Source: Escherichia coli (GTDB taxonomy: Bacteria > Pseudomonadota > Gammaproteobacteria > Enterobacterales > Enterobacteriaceae). From it: DNA of 64,000 nt. The DNA lies in the NCBI RefSeq assembly GCF_036507355.1, contig NZ_AP027877.1; one strand, given 5' to 3'. A program made the translations under genes and the position numbers. Positions within the stretch are counted from its first letter, which is position 1. Each line of letters opens with the position of its first letter. Positions 21,664 through 33,636 of the stretch are shown piece by piece. The notes below the pieces were generated by a model, which did no database searches, had not been told where the DNA came from, and saw only the letters and a program-made list of their open reading frames with translations.

Positions 21664-22582
21664 CACGTTATTAACGTTACGCGACGTCCATATCAATTTC
21701 CCGGTCCGTAAAAACTGGCTTGGTAAAACTACGGAACATGTTCATGCGATTAATGGTATTGATTTACAGATCCGCCGTGGTGAAACCTTAGGGATCGTCG
21801 GCGAGTCAGGCTGCGGCAAAAGCACCCTCGCACAGCTTTTAATGGGTATGCTGCAACCGAGCCACGGGCAGTACATCCGTTCTGGCTCACAACGCATTAT
21901 GCAGATGGTGTTTCAGGACCCGCTCTCTTCGCTCAATCCGCGCTTACCGGTGTGGCGCATCATCACAGAACCGCTCTGGATAGCTAAGCATAGTAGTGAA
22001 CAACAGCGGCGAGCGTTGGCAGAGGAGCTGGCTGTGCAGGTGGGTATTCGTCCGGAGTATCTCGACCGCCTGTCTCATGCGTTCTCCGGCGGGCAGCGGC
22101 AACGCATCGCCATTGCCAGAGCACTCTCTTCGCAGCCTGACGTGATTGTGCTTGATGAGCCAACCTCTGCGCTGGATATCTCCGTGCAGGCGCAGATCCT
22201 CAATTTACTGGTAACGCTACAGGAAAATCACGGGCTGACTTATGTGCTGATTTCACACAATGTCTCGGTGATATGTCATATGAGCGATCGGGTGGCGGTG
22301 ATGTATCTCGGGCAGATTGTAGAACTGGGCGACGCGCAGCAGGTGCTGACGGCACCTGCACATCCATACACCCGATTATTGCTGGATTCCCTCCCCGCCA
22401 TTAATAAACCGCTGGAGGAAGAATGGGCATTACGTAAAACGGATCTGCCGGGAAACCGCACGTTGCCGCAAGGCTGTTTTTTCCGCGAACGTTGCCCCCT
22501 TGCAACCAGCGGATGCGAAGTCCGGCAATCATTAACGACGCGGGCTGACGGACGTGAGATCCGTTGCTGGCGGGCGCTGTAG
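21656..22582 (+). CDS. ddpF: D,D-dipeptide ABC transporter ATPase
   Basis: Walker A GESGCGKS, signature FSGGQRQR; GTG start overlapping ddpD. Confidence 0.9.
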   Translation: MSDTLLTLRDVHINFPVRKNWLGKTTEHVHAINGIDLQIRRGETLGIVGESGCGKSTLAQLLMGMLQPSHGQYIRSGSQRIMQMVFQDPLSSLNPRLPVWRIITEPLWIAKHSSEQQRRALAEELAVQVGIRPEYLDRLSHAFSGGQRQRIAIARALSSQPDVIVLDEPTSALDISVQAQILNLLVTLQENHGLTYVLISHNVSVICHMSDRVAVMYLGQIVELGDAQQVLTAPAHPYTRLLLDSLPAINKPLEEEWALRKTDLPGNRTLPQGCFFRERCPLATSGCEVRQSLTTRADGREIRCWRAL

Positions 22583-22618
22583 GACGCGGCATCCGGCTAT
22601 TGCATGTCTGCGGAAACG

Positions 22619-23509
22619 TTATGCGTCATAGGTTTTTTTTAACGTTTCCATCAACGCCTGCGCCGCAGTAGAAAGCTTATGGTGTGACGAACGCAGTACG
22701 CCTACTCGTCGCTCAATCACTGGATTATCCAGTTCCAGACACACTGCGCCCAGTTCGCTCATCTGCCTGCGGCACAGCGCAGGCACAGCGCTTCCTCCCA
22801 AACCGTTTGCCACCAGCCGCCCAACCGTAACCAGTTGATGGCTTTCCAGCGCCACTTCCAGTTGCGTTCCACTTTGTGCCAACTGCTCCTCCAGCATCAA
22901 CCTGACGGCTGACGGTCGCTGGAGGGTGATAAAATCGAGCGTCAGCAAATCCCGCCAACTCACGCGTTGCCGATTTGCCAGTCGTGAATCTGCTGGAACA
23001 ATAGCGACAAACCGATCCACGCCCAGTGGGGTAAAATGCACATGGCCGCAATAGTCAGGTTCAAAGGCAATACCCATCTCCACACGCCCTTCGCTCACCA
23101 TTTCGATCACCTGCTCATTCACCACATCGTGCACGGTGACATTAATCCCTGAATAACAATCGCGGAAGGTTTTCAGCACCGGAGGCAGAACGTTGGCTGC
23201 AAATGACGGCATCGCTGCCACCGAGACTTTGCCCCGCCTGAGCGTGAATCGCTGACGCATGGCCTCCTCAGTGTTATCCCAGTCAGCCAGCAAAGGCCGT
23301 GCCATCGACAATAGCGTTTCCCCCTCCTGGGTTAATGTCACTTTTCGCGTAGTACGCAGCAGTAAAGCGCCCCCTAAGGCATCTTCCAGTCCTTTAATGG
23401 CAAGACTTAGCGCAGGCTGCGACATATTCAGCCGTTCACTGGCATGGGCAAAGTTCAGAGTGTGAGCTACCGCTAAAAACGCGCGTAACTGTTTGATGCT
23501 CATTTTCAT
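22619..23509 (-). CDS. LysR-family transcriptional regulator, divergent from catabolic operon
   Basis: 296-aa ORF; N-terminal HTH (KQLRAFLAVAHTLNFAHASERLNMSQPALSLAIKGLE) and LysR substrate-binding region. Confidence 0.85.
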   Translation of the reverse strand: MKMSIKQLRAFLAVAHTLNFAHASERLNMSQPALSLAIKGLEDALGGALLLRTTRKVTLTQEGETLLSMARPLLADWDNTEEAMRQRFTLRRGKVSVAAMPSFAANVLPPVLKTFRDCYSGINVTVHDVVNEQVIEMVSEGRVEMGIAFEPDYCGHVHFTPLGVDRFVAIVPADSRLANRQRVSWRDLLTLDFITLQRPSAVRLMLEEQLAQSGTQLEVALESHQLVTVGRLVANGLGGSAVPALCRRQMSELGAVCLELDNPVIERRVGVLRSSHHKLSTAAQALMETLKKTYDA

Positions 23510-23650
23510 CTGGCACTCCGTTAACCTACTGAATACATTTAATTAACATTATATTGATAAATAATACAAATGAATGAGTCACAAATTTAAAATTAACAAA
23601 TCATTTTTTGCCCTTAATGATGTTGAAAAGGACAACTGGAGGGCAACTGT

Positions 23651-24358
23651 ATGGCTGGGTTGGATAAACGGGTCGCTACGTATCACGAGGCGCTTGAAGG
23701 ACTTACCAATGAGATGACGATTCTGGCAGGAGGTTTTGGCCTGTGCGGCATCCCGGAGAATCTGATTGCTGAAGTTCGCCACCGTGGAGTAACCGGATTA
23801 ACGGTGGTTTCCAATAACTGTGGCGTAGATGGTTTTGGACTGGGTGTACTACTGGAAAGCCGACAGATCCGTAAAGTCGTCGCTTCTTATGTTGGCGAGA
23901 ATGCTTTGTTTGAAAAACAGGTGCTTAACGGCGAACTGGAGGCGATTCTCACACCACAAGGAACCCTGGCAGAACAACTGCGCGCAGGCGGCGCGGGTAT
24001 CCCGGCGTTCTTTACTGCCACCGGTTACGGTACTCCCGTTGCCGAAGGGAAAGAAGTCCGCGAATTCAACGGTCGCCCGTACATCATGGAACAGGCTATC
24101 ACCGGTGATTTTGCCCTGGTCAAAGGCTGGAAAGCCGACTGGTACGGCAACGTGATTTATCGTCATACCGCGCAAAACTTCAACCCACTGATGGCGGCTG
24201 CCGGAAAAATCACCGTGGTGGAAGTGGAAGAAATAGTGCCACCTGGTGAACTAGATCCTGCCGCTATCCATACCCCGGGGATTTTTGTTAATCGCGTCAT
24301 TCAGGGGCAATTTGAAAAACGCATTGAACAACGCACCCTTAGCCGCAAAGGAGCCTGA
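23651..24358 (+). CDS. 3-oxoacid CoA-transferase subunit A (AtoD/ScoA-like)
   Basis: 235-aa ORF with CoA-transferase A-subunit signatures ([18 protein letters not shown]). Confidence 0.85.
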   Translation: MAGLDKRVATYHEALEGLTNEMTILAGGFGLCGIPENLIAEVRHRGVTGLTVVSNNCGVDGFGLGVLLESRQIRKVVASYVGENALFEKQVLNGELEAILTPQGTLAEQLRAGGAGIPAFFTATGYGTPVAEGKEVREFNGRPYIMEQAITGDFALVKGWKADWYGNVIYRHTAQNFNPLMAAAGKITVVEVEEIVPPGELDPAAIHTPGIFVNRVIQGQFEKRIEQRTLSRKGA

Positions 24359-24360
24359 CC

Positions 24361-25017
24361 ATGTTAACCCGTGAACAAATGGCGATGCGAGTCGCCCGCG
24401 AATTGCGCGATGGCTATTACGTCAATCTCGGAATTGGTATCCCGACCCTGGTGGCAAACTACATTCCTGACGGGATGGATGTGATGTTGCAGTCAGAAAA
24501 CGGTTTGCTGGGAATGGGCGCATTTCCTACGGAAGACGAACTGGACGCCGACATGATTAATGCCGGTAAACAAACCGTTACCGCGCGGAAAGGCGCGGCA
24601 ATTTTCGATTCGGCGCAATCATTCGCCATGATCCGTGGCGGTCATGTGGATCTGACTGTACTTGGCGCATTTGAAGTGGATGTGAATGGCAACATTGCCT
24701 CATGGATGATCCCCGGCAAGATGGTTAAAGGCATGGGCGGTGCCATGGATCTGGTTGCCGGTGCCGAGAATATTATTGTGGTAATGACCCACGCCTCGAA
24801 ATCCGGCGAATCCAAACTGCTTCCTGACTGTACCCTTCCGTTGACCGGCGCCGGATGCATCAAACGCGTCTTAACCGACCTTGCTCTGCTGGAAATTGCT
24901 GACGGAGTTTTCATTCTGCGCGAGCGCGCGCCGGGAATCAGCGTTGCGGAAATCATCGCCAAAACCGCCGGTAAGTTGTTTGTGCCGGAACATGTCCCGG
25001 AAATGCAATTCAACTGA
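24361..25017 (+). CDS. 3-oxoacid CoA-transferase subunit B (AtoA/ScoB-like)
   Basis: 218-aa ORF; conserved SENG motif region (MLQSENGLLGMG) of B-subunits. Confidence 0.85.
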   Translation: MLTREQMAMRVARELRDGYYVNLGIGIPTLVANYIPDGMDVMLQSENGLLGMGAFPTEDELDADMINAGKQTVTARKGAAIFDSAQSFAMIRGGHVDLTVLGAFEVDVNGNIASWMIPGKMVKGMGGAMDLVAGAENIIVVMTHASKSGESKLLPDCTLPLTGAGCIKRVLTDLALLEIADGVFILRERAPGISVAEIIAKTAGKLFVPEHVPEMQFN

Positions 25018-25026
25018 GGAATCACG

Positions 25027-26232
25027 ATGCAGGACGTTGTTATTGTTGCCGCTACGCGCACGCCGATTGGCTGTTTTCATGGCGCTCTCGCCCCACTTTC
25101 TGCGGTTGATCTCGGTGCTGCCACCATTCGTTCGTTGCTGGAGAAAACAGCACTTGCAGCAGAACAGATCGACGAAGTGATTTTTGGTCAGGTCCTGATC
25201 GCCGGAAGCGGACAAAACCCGGCACGACAATCGGCGCTCAAAGCCGGGTTAAGCCACAATACACCCGCCGTTACCATCAACCTGGTATGTGGTTCCGGTC
25301 TGAAAGCCGTACACCAGGCAGTGCAGGCGATCCGTTGCGGTGATGCACAGATAATTATCGCAGGTGGCCAGGAAAGCATGAGCAACGCGCCCTATTTTAT
25401 TGATGGCGCACGGGCAGGTTTACGCCTCGGGCATACCAGCATGAAAGACAGCGTGGTGCATGACGGACTATGGGACGCTTTCAATGATTACCACATGGGC
25501 ATTACTGCAGAAAACCTGGCGCAAAAATATGCCATCAGTCGCGAGCGACAGGACACATTCGCGCTACGTTCTCAGCAAAAAGCCGCTGCCGCAATGGAAG
25601 CCGGGCGCTTTGCAGACGAAATTACTCCGGTCAGCGTACCACAAGGTAAAAAACCACCACGCAGGGTAAATACCGACGAACAACCACGTTCCGGGACGCA
25701 ACTGGAAAAACTAGCACAACTGAAACCGGCCTTTCTTCCGGGGGCGGGAAGCGTCACCGCAGGAAATGCTTCTTCCATCAATGATGGTGCCGCCGCAGTC
25801 ATGTTAATGCGTGCCAGCAAAGCTGCCGAACTTGGCCTCCCAGTGCTGGCTCGGGTGGCTGGTTATGCCGTTTCTGGCGTCGATCCTGCCTTTATGGGCA
25901 TTGGTCCGGTCGCCGCTACCCGCGAATGTCTTAAGCGTTGCGGATGGACGCTGGAAGATATTGATCTTATTGAAGCCAACGAGGCTTTCGCAGCGCAGGC
26001 GCTGGCTGTTGGCGACGAACTGAACTGGGATTGCGACAAAGTGAATGTTAACGGCGGCGCAATCGCACTTGGGCATCCTATTGGCGCTTCCGGTTGCCGC
26101 ATTCTGGTCACTCTCATTTATGAAATGGCGCGACGTAATGCGCAAAAAGGGCTGGCGACGCTGTGCGTCGGTGGCGGTCAGGGCGTGGCGCTGACACTGG
26201 AAAGAACCACAGGAGAACACCATGCAAACTGA
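25027..26232 (+). CDS. acetyl-CoA C-acetyltransferase (thiolase II)
   Basis: 401-aa ORF; thiolase motifs ([10 protein letters not shown] active-site Cys region; C-terminal CVGGGQGVA). Confidence 0.9.
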   Translation: MQDVVIVAATRTPIGCFHGALAPLSAVDLGAATIRSLLEKTALAAEQIDEVIFGQVLIAGSGQNPARQSALKAGLSHNTPAVTINLVCGSGLKAVHQAVQAIRCGDAQIIIAGGQESMSNAPYFIDGARAGLRLGHTSMKDSVVHDGLWDAFNDYHMGITAENLAQKYAISRERQDTFALRSQQKAAAAMEAGRFADEITPVSVPQGKKPPRRVNTDEQPRSGTQLEKLAQLKPAFLPGAGSVTAGNASSINDGAAAVMLMRASKAAELGLPVLARVAGYAVSGVDPAFMGIGPVAATRECLKRCGWTLEDIDLIEANEAFAAQALAVGDELNWDCDKVNVNGGAIALGHPIGASGCRILVTLIYEMARRNAQKGLATLCVGGGQGVALTLERTTGEHHAN

Positions 26233-27145
26233 ACAATTTGCGGTACTGGGCGCCGGATTGATGGGCGTGGGGATTGCCACTCATTTCGCCCGCTTTGGTC
26301 ATGATATCTGGCTGTACGATACCGAGCAGAGCCGGATTGCAGAAATCCACGTAGTTGCAGGCGGAATTCTTGATGAGCTGATTAGCTGCGAACAGTTTAC
26401 TGCCCCGGAAAAAGAGAATGTGCTTAAACGTCTGCACGGCACGACTTCTCTTGCAGACATCGCCGACTCGCAACTACTGATTGAGGCGATCCCGGAGCGA
26501 CTTGAACTAAAACACGCATTATATACCGAGCTTGAAACGCTTATTTCTCCTGAGGCCATTGTCGCCAGCAATACCAGCGGTCTGCCGCCCGATGATCTGG
26601 CCGCGAAGATGCGCTACCCGCAACGACTGCTGATCGCCCATTTCTGGCATCCGCCGCACTTCATTCCACTCGTGGAGATTATCCCCGGCAGCGTTACCGA
26701 GCCAAAGCATTTGCACTGGCTGCAACACTTGCTTGTGTCACTGCAACTGGAAGCAGTGTTGCTGGATCGCGCTGCGCCAGGATTTGTCGGCAACCGTCTG
26801 CAATTTGCACTGTTGCGTGAAGCCCTGCATATCGTAAAAAGCGGCATCGCCAGTGCAGAAGTGGTGGATCAGGTGATGCGCGCCTCGCTTGGGCGACGTT
26901 ATGCCATGGTCGGCCCGCTGGAGGCCGCCGACATGACCGGACTTTCGACGGTGCAGGATATTTGTCGCCATCTGCTCCCTGAACTAGCGACTGGCAGCGA
27001 CATGATGTCATTAGTTGCCGAAAAAGTGGAACGTGGAGACATCGGCGTACGTAGCGGTCAGGGATTTTACTGCTGGGATGAATCGCGGAAGCAGTACATC
27101 CAGCAGCGTCGGGAACATCAACTTCGCTTCGCCCTTAAACCATAA
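26222..27145 (+). CDS. 3-hydroxyacyl-CoA dehydrogenase family protein
   Basis: 307-aa ORF; N-terminal Rossmann GxGxxG (LGAGLMGVG); overlaps thiolase stop. Confidence 0.8.
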   Translation: MQTEQFAVLGAGLMGVGIATHFARFGHDIWLYDTEQSRIAEIHVVAGGILDELISCEQFTAPEKENVLKRLHGTTSLADIADSQLLIEAIPERLELKHALYTELETLISPEAIVASNTSGLPPDDLAAKMRYPQRLLIAHFWHPPHFIPLVEIIPGSVTEPKHLHWLQHLLVSLQLEAVLLDRAAPGFVGNRLQFALLREALHIVKSGIASAEVVDQVMRASLGRRYAMVGPLEAADMTGLSTVQDICRHLLPELATGSDMMSLVAEKVERGDIGVRSGQGFYCWDESRKQYIQQRREHQLRFALKP

Positions 27146-27190
27146 CTTCTCTCGCTGTACCCACTATAACAACGATATTGAGGAGTCCCG

Positions 27191-28582
27191 ATGAGTGTAT
27201 TAATCGCCCTTGCCGCGCTTGGGCTGCTAATGCTGGCAGCCTATCGCGGATACAGCGTTATCCTTTTTGCCCCCATCGCAGCATTAGGCGCTGTTCTTGT
27301 CACCGATCCGGGGGCCGTTGGCCCAGCATTTACCGGCCTGTTCATGGAAAAAATGGTCGGCTTCGTGAAATTGTACTTCCCGGTGTTTCTGCTCGGGGCC
27401 GTGTTCGGAAAACTGATTGAACTTTCAGGATTTTCTCGTTCGATTGTCGCTGCTGCAATCAACATTCTCGGCCGGCGGCATGCGATTCCGGTGATTGTGC
27501 TGGTATGTGCATTACTCACCTATGGCGGAGTGTCGCTGTTTGTGGTGGCATTTGCCGTTTATCCGTTCGCGGCTGAACTGTTCCGCCAGAGTAACATCCC
27601 AAAACGACTTATACCGGCAACGGTGGCCCTGGGGGCATTCTCTTTTACTATGGACGCTCTGCCCAGCACGCCACAAATTCAGAACATTATTCCTACCAGT
27701 TTCTTTGGCACCAACGCCTGGGCCGCGCCGTGGCTGGGGCTTATTGGTTCACTGTTTATCATTGCCGTCGGGCTTATCTATCTGGAGCGGCAGCGTCGTA
27801 AAGCGCAGGCAAAAAATGAAGGTTACGGCACAGAGTTACTTAATGAACCTGAAACACCAGATAACATCAATTTACCGAACCCACTCATTGCGATTTCACC
27901 ATTGATTCTGGTGGGGCTGTTGAACTTGTTGTTTACCTGGTGGATCCCTGTTTGGTACGGTGCGAGCCACCAACTGGAGTTGCCGGGACTTGCCGCCCCG
28001 ATTACCACAGATGTCGCCAAAATCACCGCAATCTGGGCCGTCGAAGCTGCGCTCATTGCCGGAATTTTGCTGGTAGTGATTTTTGGATATCGCAATATTC
28101 ATGGAAGACTGGCAGAAGGAAGCCGTACAGCGGTGGGCGGCGCAATTCTGGCTGCGATGAACACCGCCTCAGAATATGGCTTCGGTGCGGTTATCGCCGC
28201 CCTACCCGGTTTTCTGGTGCTCTCAAAGGCGCTGGCCGCCATTCCTGATCCATTACTCAACGAAGCCATCAGCATCACCACACTTGCCGGAATTACCGGT
28301 TCAGCGTCCGGCGGGATGAGTATTGCTCTTGCGGCTATGTCCGACACTTTTATTGCCGCTGCGCACGCTGCCAATATTCCACTGGAAGTTTTTCACCGCG
28401 TGGCATCTATGGCCAGTGGCGGCATGGATACATTGCCCCATAACGGCGCTGTGATCACCCTGCTGGCAATTACTGGGCTGAGTCACCGTCAGGCTTACGG
28501 CGGCATCTTCGCAATTACGATCATTAAAAGTCTGGCCGTGCTGTTTATCATCGGCGTGTACTACACCACCGGCATTGTCTAA
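27191..28582 (+). CDS. GntP-family permease (probable 3-hydroxybutyrate/short-chain hydroxy-acid transporter)
   Basis: 463-aa polytopic membrane ORF with GntP-like organisation; operon context. Confidence 0.7.
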   Translation: MSVLIALAALGLLMLAAYRGYSVILFAPIAALGAVLVTDPGAVGPAFTGLFMEKMVGFVKLYFPVFLLGAVFGKLIELSGFSRSIVAAAINILGRRHAIPVIVLVCALLTYGGVSLFVVAFAVYPFAAELFRQSNIPKRLIPATVALGAFSFTMDALPSTPQIQNIIPTSFFGTNAWAAPWLGLIGSLFIIAVGLIYLERQRRKAQAKNEGYGTELLNEPETPDNINLPNPLIAISPLILVGLLNLLFTWWIPVWYGASHQLELPGLAAPITTDVAKITAIWAVEAALIAGILLVVIFGYRNIHGRLAEGSRTAVGGAILAAMNTASEYGFGAVIAALPGFLVLSKALAAIPDPLLNEAISITTLAGITGSASGGMSIALAAMSDTFIAAAHAANIPLEVFHRVASMASGGMDTLPHNGAVITLLAITGLSHRQAYGGIFAITIIKSLAVLFIIGVYYTTGIV

Positions 28583-28593
28583 GGAAAATCATC

Positions 28594-29364
28594 ATGAATT
28601 TACAAGGTAAAACTGCGCTGGTGACGGGGTCCACCAGCGGTATCGGACTCGGTATTGCTCAGACACTGGCAAACGCTGGCGCGCAAGTGATCCTCAACGG
28701 CTTCGGTGATGTTGACGCGGCAATCAATGCGGTTTCTCGTATGGGTAAAACGCCTGGCTATCATGAGGCAGACCTCAGCGATGAATCGCAAATTATCAAC
28801 ATGGTGGCCTACGCATGGCGGGAATTTGGCGGTGTGGACATTCTGGTGAATAACGCCGGGATCCAGTATGTCTCCCCGGTTGAATCTTTCCCTGTAGAAA
28901 AATGGAACGCCATTATCGCTATCAATCTCTCTTCTGTCTTTCACACCACGCGTCTGGCACTGCCAGAAATGCGCACTCGTAACTGGGGTCGGATCATTAA
29001 CATTGCCTCTGTGCATGGGCTGGTAGCGTCGAAAGACAAATCAGCTTATGTTGCGGCAAAACATGGCGTGGTGGGACTCACAAAGACCATTGCTCTGGAA
29101 ACTGCGCAGACCGGTATTACCTGCAACGCGCTCTGCCCTGGCTGGGTGCTGACGCCGCTGGTACAACAGCAGATTGATAAGCGCATTGCGCAAGGCGAAG
29201 ATGCGGAAAGCGCGCGTGACGCCTTACTGGCAGAAAAACAGCCTTCTCGTGAATTTGTGACTCCGCAACAACTGGGTGAACTGGCGCTGTTTCTCTGTTC
29301 GGATGCGGCAGCACAAGTGCGTGGGGTGGCGTGGAATATGGATGGCGGTTGGGTAGCGCAGTAA
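28594..29364 (+). CDS. 3-hydroxybutyrate dehydrogenase (SDR family)
   Basis: 256-aa ORF; SDR cofactor motif TGSTSGIG and YxxxK catalytic region; strong resemblance to BdhA-type enzymes. Confidence 0.85.
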   Translation: MNLQGKTALVTGSTSGIGLGIAQTLANAGAQVILNGFGDVDAAINAVSRMGKTPGYHEADLSDESQIINMVAYAWREFGGVDILVNNAGIQYVSPVESFPVEKWNAIIAINLSSVFHTTRLALPEMRTRNWGRIINIASVHGLVASKDKSAYVAAKHGVVGLTKTIALETAQTGITCNALCPGWVLTPLVQQQIDKRIAQGEDAESARDALLAEKQPSREFVTPQQLGELALFLCSDAAAQVRGVAWNMDGGWVAQ

Positions 29365-29370
29365 GTGTTC

Positions 29371-29392
29371 GCCGGATGACGCGTCATCCGGC
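29371..29392. terminator. 22-bp perfect palindrome (REP-like), bidirectional terminator between the dehydrogenase gene and osmC
   Basis: gccggatgacg|cgtcatccggc between convergent genes. Confidence 0.5.
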
Positions 29393-29398
29393 AATGCT

Positions 29399-29830
29399 TT
29401 ACGATTTCAACTGGTAATCCAGCGTAATTTCCGCTTTCAGTACCTGAGAGACCGGGCATCCTGCTTTTGCTTTCTGGATGATGCCGTCAAAGGTAGAGGC
29501 ATCAATACCCGGCACCGCAACTTCACTCTTCAGTGCGATTTTCGTAATCGCAAAACCGGCATCCACTTTATCCAGCGACACATCGGCGGTGGTATCAATC
29601 GATGTTGGCGTGAATCCCGCTTCCCCCAGCATTAATGAAAGCGCCATTGAGAAACATGCGGCATGCGCTGCGCCAATCAGTTCTTCAGGGTTGGTTCCTT
29701 TTTCGCCTTCAAAACGCGTGTTAAATCCATACGGCTGTTGGTTCAGCACGCCACTCTCGGTGGATACTGTTCCCTTCCCGCGTTTGATATCGCCTTCCCA
29801 GTGTGCCTGACCTTTCTTATGGATTGTCAT
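29399..29830 (-). CDS. osmC: osmotically inducible peroxiredoxin OsmC
   Basis: 143-aa ORF matching recalled OsmC (MTIHKKGQAHWEGDIKRGKG...). Confidence 0.95.
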   Translation of the reverse strand: MTIHKKGQAHWEGDIKRGKGTVSTESGVLNQQPYGFNTRFEGEKGTNPEELIGAAHAACFSMALSLMLGEAGFTPTSIDTTADVSLDKVDAGFAITKIALKSEVAVPGIDASTFDGIIQKAKAGCPVSQVLKAEITLDYQLKS

Positions 29831-30174
29831 TGTTGCTCTCCTGTGGGCTTAAAAAGGAAATTATAGACTACGTGAGAAACCGCACGAGGATAAGCAGGAT
29901 ATTCCGAATAAAATACGGCGAAAATATTACTTCTGCACTTAAATTAAATTCCCACAATAGATAACCGGAAATATATATCTCAAGAGAGATTGCATCAATA
30001 TTAATCAACTCATCACAATAATAATACCTATCAATATCATGGGTTTAAAATATAAAAATCATCAACCAGGACTAATCTTAACAACGAAGCGGCAAATATT
30101 TGCCATGCTGAATGTGCTTTATAAATCTGCGATCCGTAGCAGACACTATAAATACACAGACACGGAGAATCGCT

Positions 30175-30390
30175 ATGTTTACTTATTATCAGGCAGAAAA
30201 TTCAACAGCAGAACCCGCTCTGGTTAATGCCATTGAGCAAGGCCTTCGGGCAGAGCACGGTGTTGTCACTGAAGATGACATTCTCATGGAGCTGACCAAA
30301 TGGGTGGAAGCTTCTGATAACGACATCCTCAGTGATATCTACCAGCAAACGATCAATTATGTGGTCAGTGGCCAGCACCCTACGCTTTAA
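30175..30390 (+). CDS. bdm: biofilm-dependent modulation protein Bdm
   Basis: 71-aa protein MFTYYQAENSTAEPALVNAIEQGL...; SD ggag then ATG at 30175; ORF-track start at 30112 is an upstream extension. Confidence 0.85.
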   Translation: MFTYYQAENSTAEPALVNAIEQGLRAEHGVVTEDDILMELTKWVEASDNDILSDIYQQTINYVVSGQHPTL

Positions 30391-30491
30391 GGTGCTATGC
30401 TTGATCGGCAACCTAATTTAGGGGTTTAGCACGTGTTTCTTCGCTACGGCGATGTTGTCCTTAAAACTAGCAACAGGATTGAGGAGTTAAA

Positions 30492-30629
30492 ATGAAATCG
30501 AACCGTCAGGCACGTCATATTCTTGGACTGGACCATAAAATTTCTAACCAGCGCAAAATAGTTACCGAAGGTGACAAATCCAGCGTGGTAAATAACCCAA
30601 CAGGCAGAAAACGCCCCGCTGAAAAGTAA
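30492..30629 (+). CDS. sra: stationary-phase ribosome-associated protein Sra (RpsV)
   Basis: 45-aa [48 protein letters not shown] with SD gaggag upstream; below the 60-aa cut-off of the ORF track. Confidence 0.85.
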
Positions 30630-30785
30630 TTCATAACCATCAGTCCTCAATGACGATTAAACACCATTGCCTGCGCAATGGTGTTTTTGTTTTTATCTGC
30701 TTTATACTTGGGGCCGACGCCCTGGCGGTAAAGCAAAGACGATAAAAGCGTGCCAGGGATGGATATTCAAAAAAGAGTGAGTGAC

Positions 30786-32483
30786 ATGGAACCAAAAACA
30801 AAAAAACAGCGTTCGCTTTATATCCCTTACGCTGGCCCTGTACTGCTGGAATTTCCGTTGTTGAATAAAGGCAGTGCCTTCAGCATGGAAGAACGCCGTA
30901 ACTTCAACCTGCTGGGGTTACTGCCGGAAGTGGTCGAAACCATCGAAGAACAAGCGGAACGAGCATGGATCCAGTATCAGGGATTCAAAACCGAAATCGA
31001 CAAACACATCTACCTGCGTAACATCCAGGACACTAACGAAACCCTCTTCTACCGTCTGGTAAACAATCATCTTGATGAGATGATGCCTGTTATTTATACC
31101 CCAACCGTCGGCGCAGCCTGTGAGCGTTTTTCTGAGATCTACCGCCGTTCACGCGGCGTGTTTATCTCTTACCAGAACCGGCACAATATGGACGATATTC
31201 TGCAAAACGTACCAAACCATAATATCAAAGTGATTGTGGTGACTGACGGTGAACGTATTCTGGGGCTTGGTGACCAGGGCATCGGCGGGATGGGCATTCC
31301 GATCGGTAAACTTTCGCTCTATACCGCCTGTGGCGGCATCAGCCCGGCGTATACCCTTCCGGTGGTGCTGGATGTCGGAACGAACAACCAACAGTTGCTT
31401 AACGATCCGCTGTATATGGGCTGGCGTAATCCGCGTATCACTGACGACGAATACTATGAATTCGTTGATGAATTTATCCAGGCTGTGAAACAACGCTGGC
31501 CGGACGTGCTGTTGCAGTTTGAAGACTTTGCTCAAAAAAATGCGATGCCGTTACTTAACCGCTATCGCAATGAAATTTGTTCTTTTAACGATGACATTCA
31601 GGGCACTGCGGCAGTAACAGTCGGCACACTGATCGCAGCCAGCCGCGCAGCAGGTGGTCAGTTAAGCGAGAAAAAAATCGTCTTCCTTGGCGCAGGTTCA
31701 GCGGGATGCGGCATTGCCGAAATGATCATCGCCCAGACTCAGCGTGAAGGATTAAGCGAGGAAGCGGCGCGGCAGAAAGTCTTTATGGTTGATCGCTTTG
31801 GCCTGCTGACCGACAAGATGCCGAACCTGCTGCCTTTCCAGACTAAACTGGTGCAGAAGCGCGAAAACCTCAGTGACTGGGATACCGACAGCGATGTGCT
31901 GTCACTGCTGGATGTGGTGCGCAATGTAAAACCAGATATTCTGATTGGCGTCTCAGGACAGACCGGGCTGTTTACGGAAGAGATCATCCGTGAGATGCAT
32001 AAACACTGTCCGCGTCCGATCGTGATGCCGCTGTCTAACCCGACGTCACGCGTGGAAGCCACACCGCAGGACATTATCGCCTGGACCGAAGGTAACGCGC
32101 TGGTCGCCACGGGCAGCCCGTTTAATCCAGTGGTATGGAAAGATAAAATCTACCCTATCGCCCAGTGTAACAACGCCTTTATTTTCCCGGGCATCGGCCT
32201 GGGTGTTATTGCTTCCGGCGCGTCACGTATCACCGATGAGATGCTGATGTCGGCAAGTGAAACGCTTGCACAGTATTCGCCGCTGGTCCTGAACGGCGAA
32301 GGTCTGGTACTACCGGAACTAAAAGATATTCAGAAAGTCTCCCGCGCAATTGCGTTTGCGGTTGGCAAAATGGCGCAGCAGCAAGGCGTGGCGGTGAAAA
32401 CGTCTGCCGAAGCCCTGCAACAGGCCATTGACGATAATTTCTGGCAAGCCGAATACCGCGACTACCGCCGTACCTCCATCTAA
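30786..32483 (+). CDS. maeA: NAD-dependent malic enzyme
   Basis: 565-aa protein beginning [23 protein letters not shown]...; malic enzyme signature region. Confidence 0.95.
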   Translation: MEPKTKKQRSLYIPYAGPVLLEFPLLNKGSAFSMEERRNFNLLGLLPEVVETIEEQAERAWIQYQGFKTEIDKHIYLRNIQDTNETLFYRLVNNHLDEMMPVIYTPTVGAACERFSEIYRRSRGVFISYQNRHNMDDILQNVPNHNIKVIVVTDGERILGLGDQGIGGMGIPIGKLSLYTACGGISPAYTLPVVLDVGTNNQQLLNDPLYMGWRNPRITDDEYYEFVDEFIQAVKQRWPDVLLQFEDFAQKNAMPLLNRYRNEICSFNDDIQGTAAVTVGTLIAASRAAGGQLSEKKIVFLGAGSAGCGIAEMIIAQTQREGLSEEAARQKVFMVDRFGLLTDKMPNLLPFQTKLVQKRENLSDWDTDSDVLSLLDVVRNVKPDILIGVSGQTGLFTEEIIREMHKHCPRPIVMPLSNPTSRVEATPQDIIAWTEGNALVATGSPFNPVVWKDKIYPIAQCNNAFIFPGIGLGVIASGASRITDEMLMSASETLAQYSPLVLNGEGLVLPELKDIQKVSRAIAFAVGKMAQQQGVAVKTSAEALQQAIDDNFWQAEYRDYRRTSI

Positions 32484-32616
32484 GCCTGCGCCCGGTAGTG
32501 AAGGCTACCGGGCAATTTCCCTCTCCCTTTTTCAGATCTCATCCATACTGGGTAGTGGCGAATAAATCTCATTTGCCTCACCTGCTATGCAGAACATCAT
32601 CCGAAAAGGAGGAACT

Positions 32617-33627
32617 ATGAAGGCTGCAGTTGTTACGAAGGATCATCATGTTGACGTTACGGATAAAACACTGCGCTCACTGAAACATGGCGAAGCCCTG
32701 CTGAAAATGGAGTGTTGTGGTGTATGTCATACCGATCTTCATGTTAAGAATGGCGATTTTGGTGACAAAACCGGCGTAATTCTGGGCCATGAAGGCATCG
32801 GTGTGGTGGCAGAAGTTGGCCCAGGTGTCACCTCATTAAAACCAAGCGATCGTGCCAGCGTGGCGTGGTTTTACGAAGGATGCGGTCATTGCGAATACTG
32901 TAACAGTGGTAACGAAACGCTCTGCCGTTCAGTTAAAAATGCCGGATACAGCGTTGATGGCGGGATGGCGGAAGAGTGCATCGTGGTCGCCGATTACGCG
33001 GTAAAAGTGCCAGATGGTCTGGACTCGGCGGCGGCCAGCAGCATTACCTGTGCGGGGGTCACCACCTACAAAGCCGTTAAACTGTCAAAAATTCGTCCCG
33101 GTCAGTGGATTGCTATCTACGGTCTTGGCGGTCTGGGTAACCTCGCCCTGCAATACGCGAAGAATGTCTTTAACGCGAAAGTGATCGCCATTGATGTCAA
33201 TGATGAGCAGTTAAAACTGGCAACCGAAATGGGTGCAGATTTAGCGATTAACTCACGCACCGAAGACGCCGCCAAAATTGTGCAGGAGAAAACCGGTGGC
33301 GCTCACGCTGCGGTGGTAACAGCGGTAGCTAAAGCTGCGTTTAACTCGGCAGTTGATGCTGTCCGTGCAGGTGGGCGTGTTGTGGCTGTCGGTCTGCCGC
33401 CGGAGTCTATGAGCCTGGATATCCCACGCCTTGTGCTGGATGGCATTGAAGTGGTCGGTTCGCTGGTTGGCACGCGCCAGGATTTAACTGAAGCCTTCCA
33501 GTTTGCCGCCGAAGGTAAAGTGGTGCCGAAAGTCGCCCTGCGTCCGTTAGCGGACATCAACACCATCTTTACCGAGATGGAAGAAGGCAAAATCCGTGGC
33601 CGCATGGTGATTGATTTCCGCCGCTAA
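32617..33627 (+). CDS. adhP: zinc-dependent alcohol dehydrogenase, propanol-preferring
   Basis: 336-aa protein [14 protein letters not shown]...; Zn-ADH motifs GHEGIGVV and CGHCEYC; SD aaggagg upstream of ATG at 32617. Confidence 0.95.
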   Translation: MKAAVVTKDHHVDVTDKTLRSLKHGEALLKMECCGVCHTDLHVKNGDFGDKTGVILGHEGIGVVAEVGPGVTSLKPSDRASVAWFYEGCGHCEYCNSGNETLCRSVKNAGYSVDGGMAEECIVVADYAVKVPDGLDSAAASSITCAGVTTYKAVKLSKIRPGQWIAIYGLGGLGNLALQYAKNVFNAKVIAIDVNDEQLKLATEMGADLAINSRTEDAAKIVQEKTGGAHAAVVTAVAKAAFNSAVDAVRAGGRVVAVGLPPESMSLDIPRLVLDGIEVVGSLVGTRQDLTEAFQFAAEGKVVPKVALRPLADINTIFTEMEEGKIRGRMVIDFRR

Positions 33628-33636
33628 GAGGCCTTT

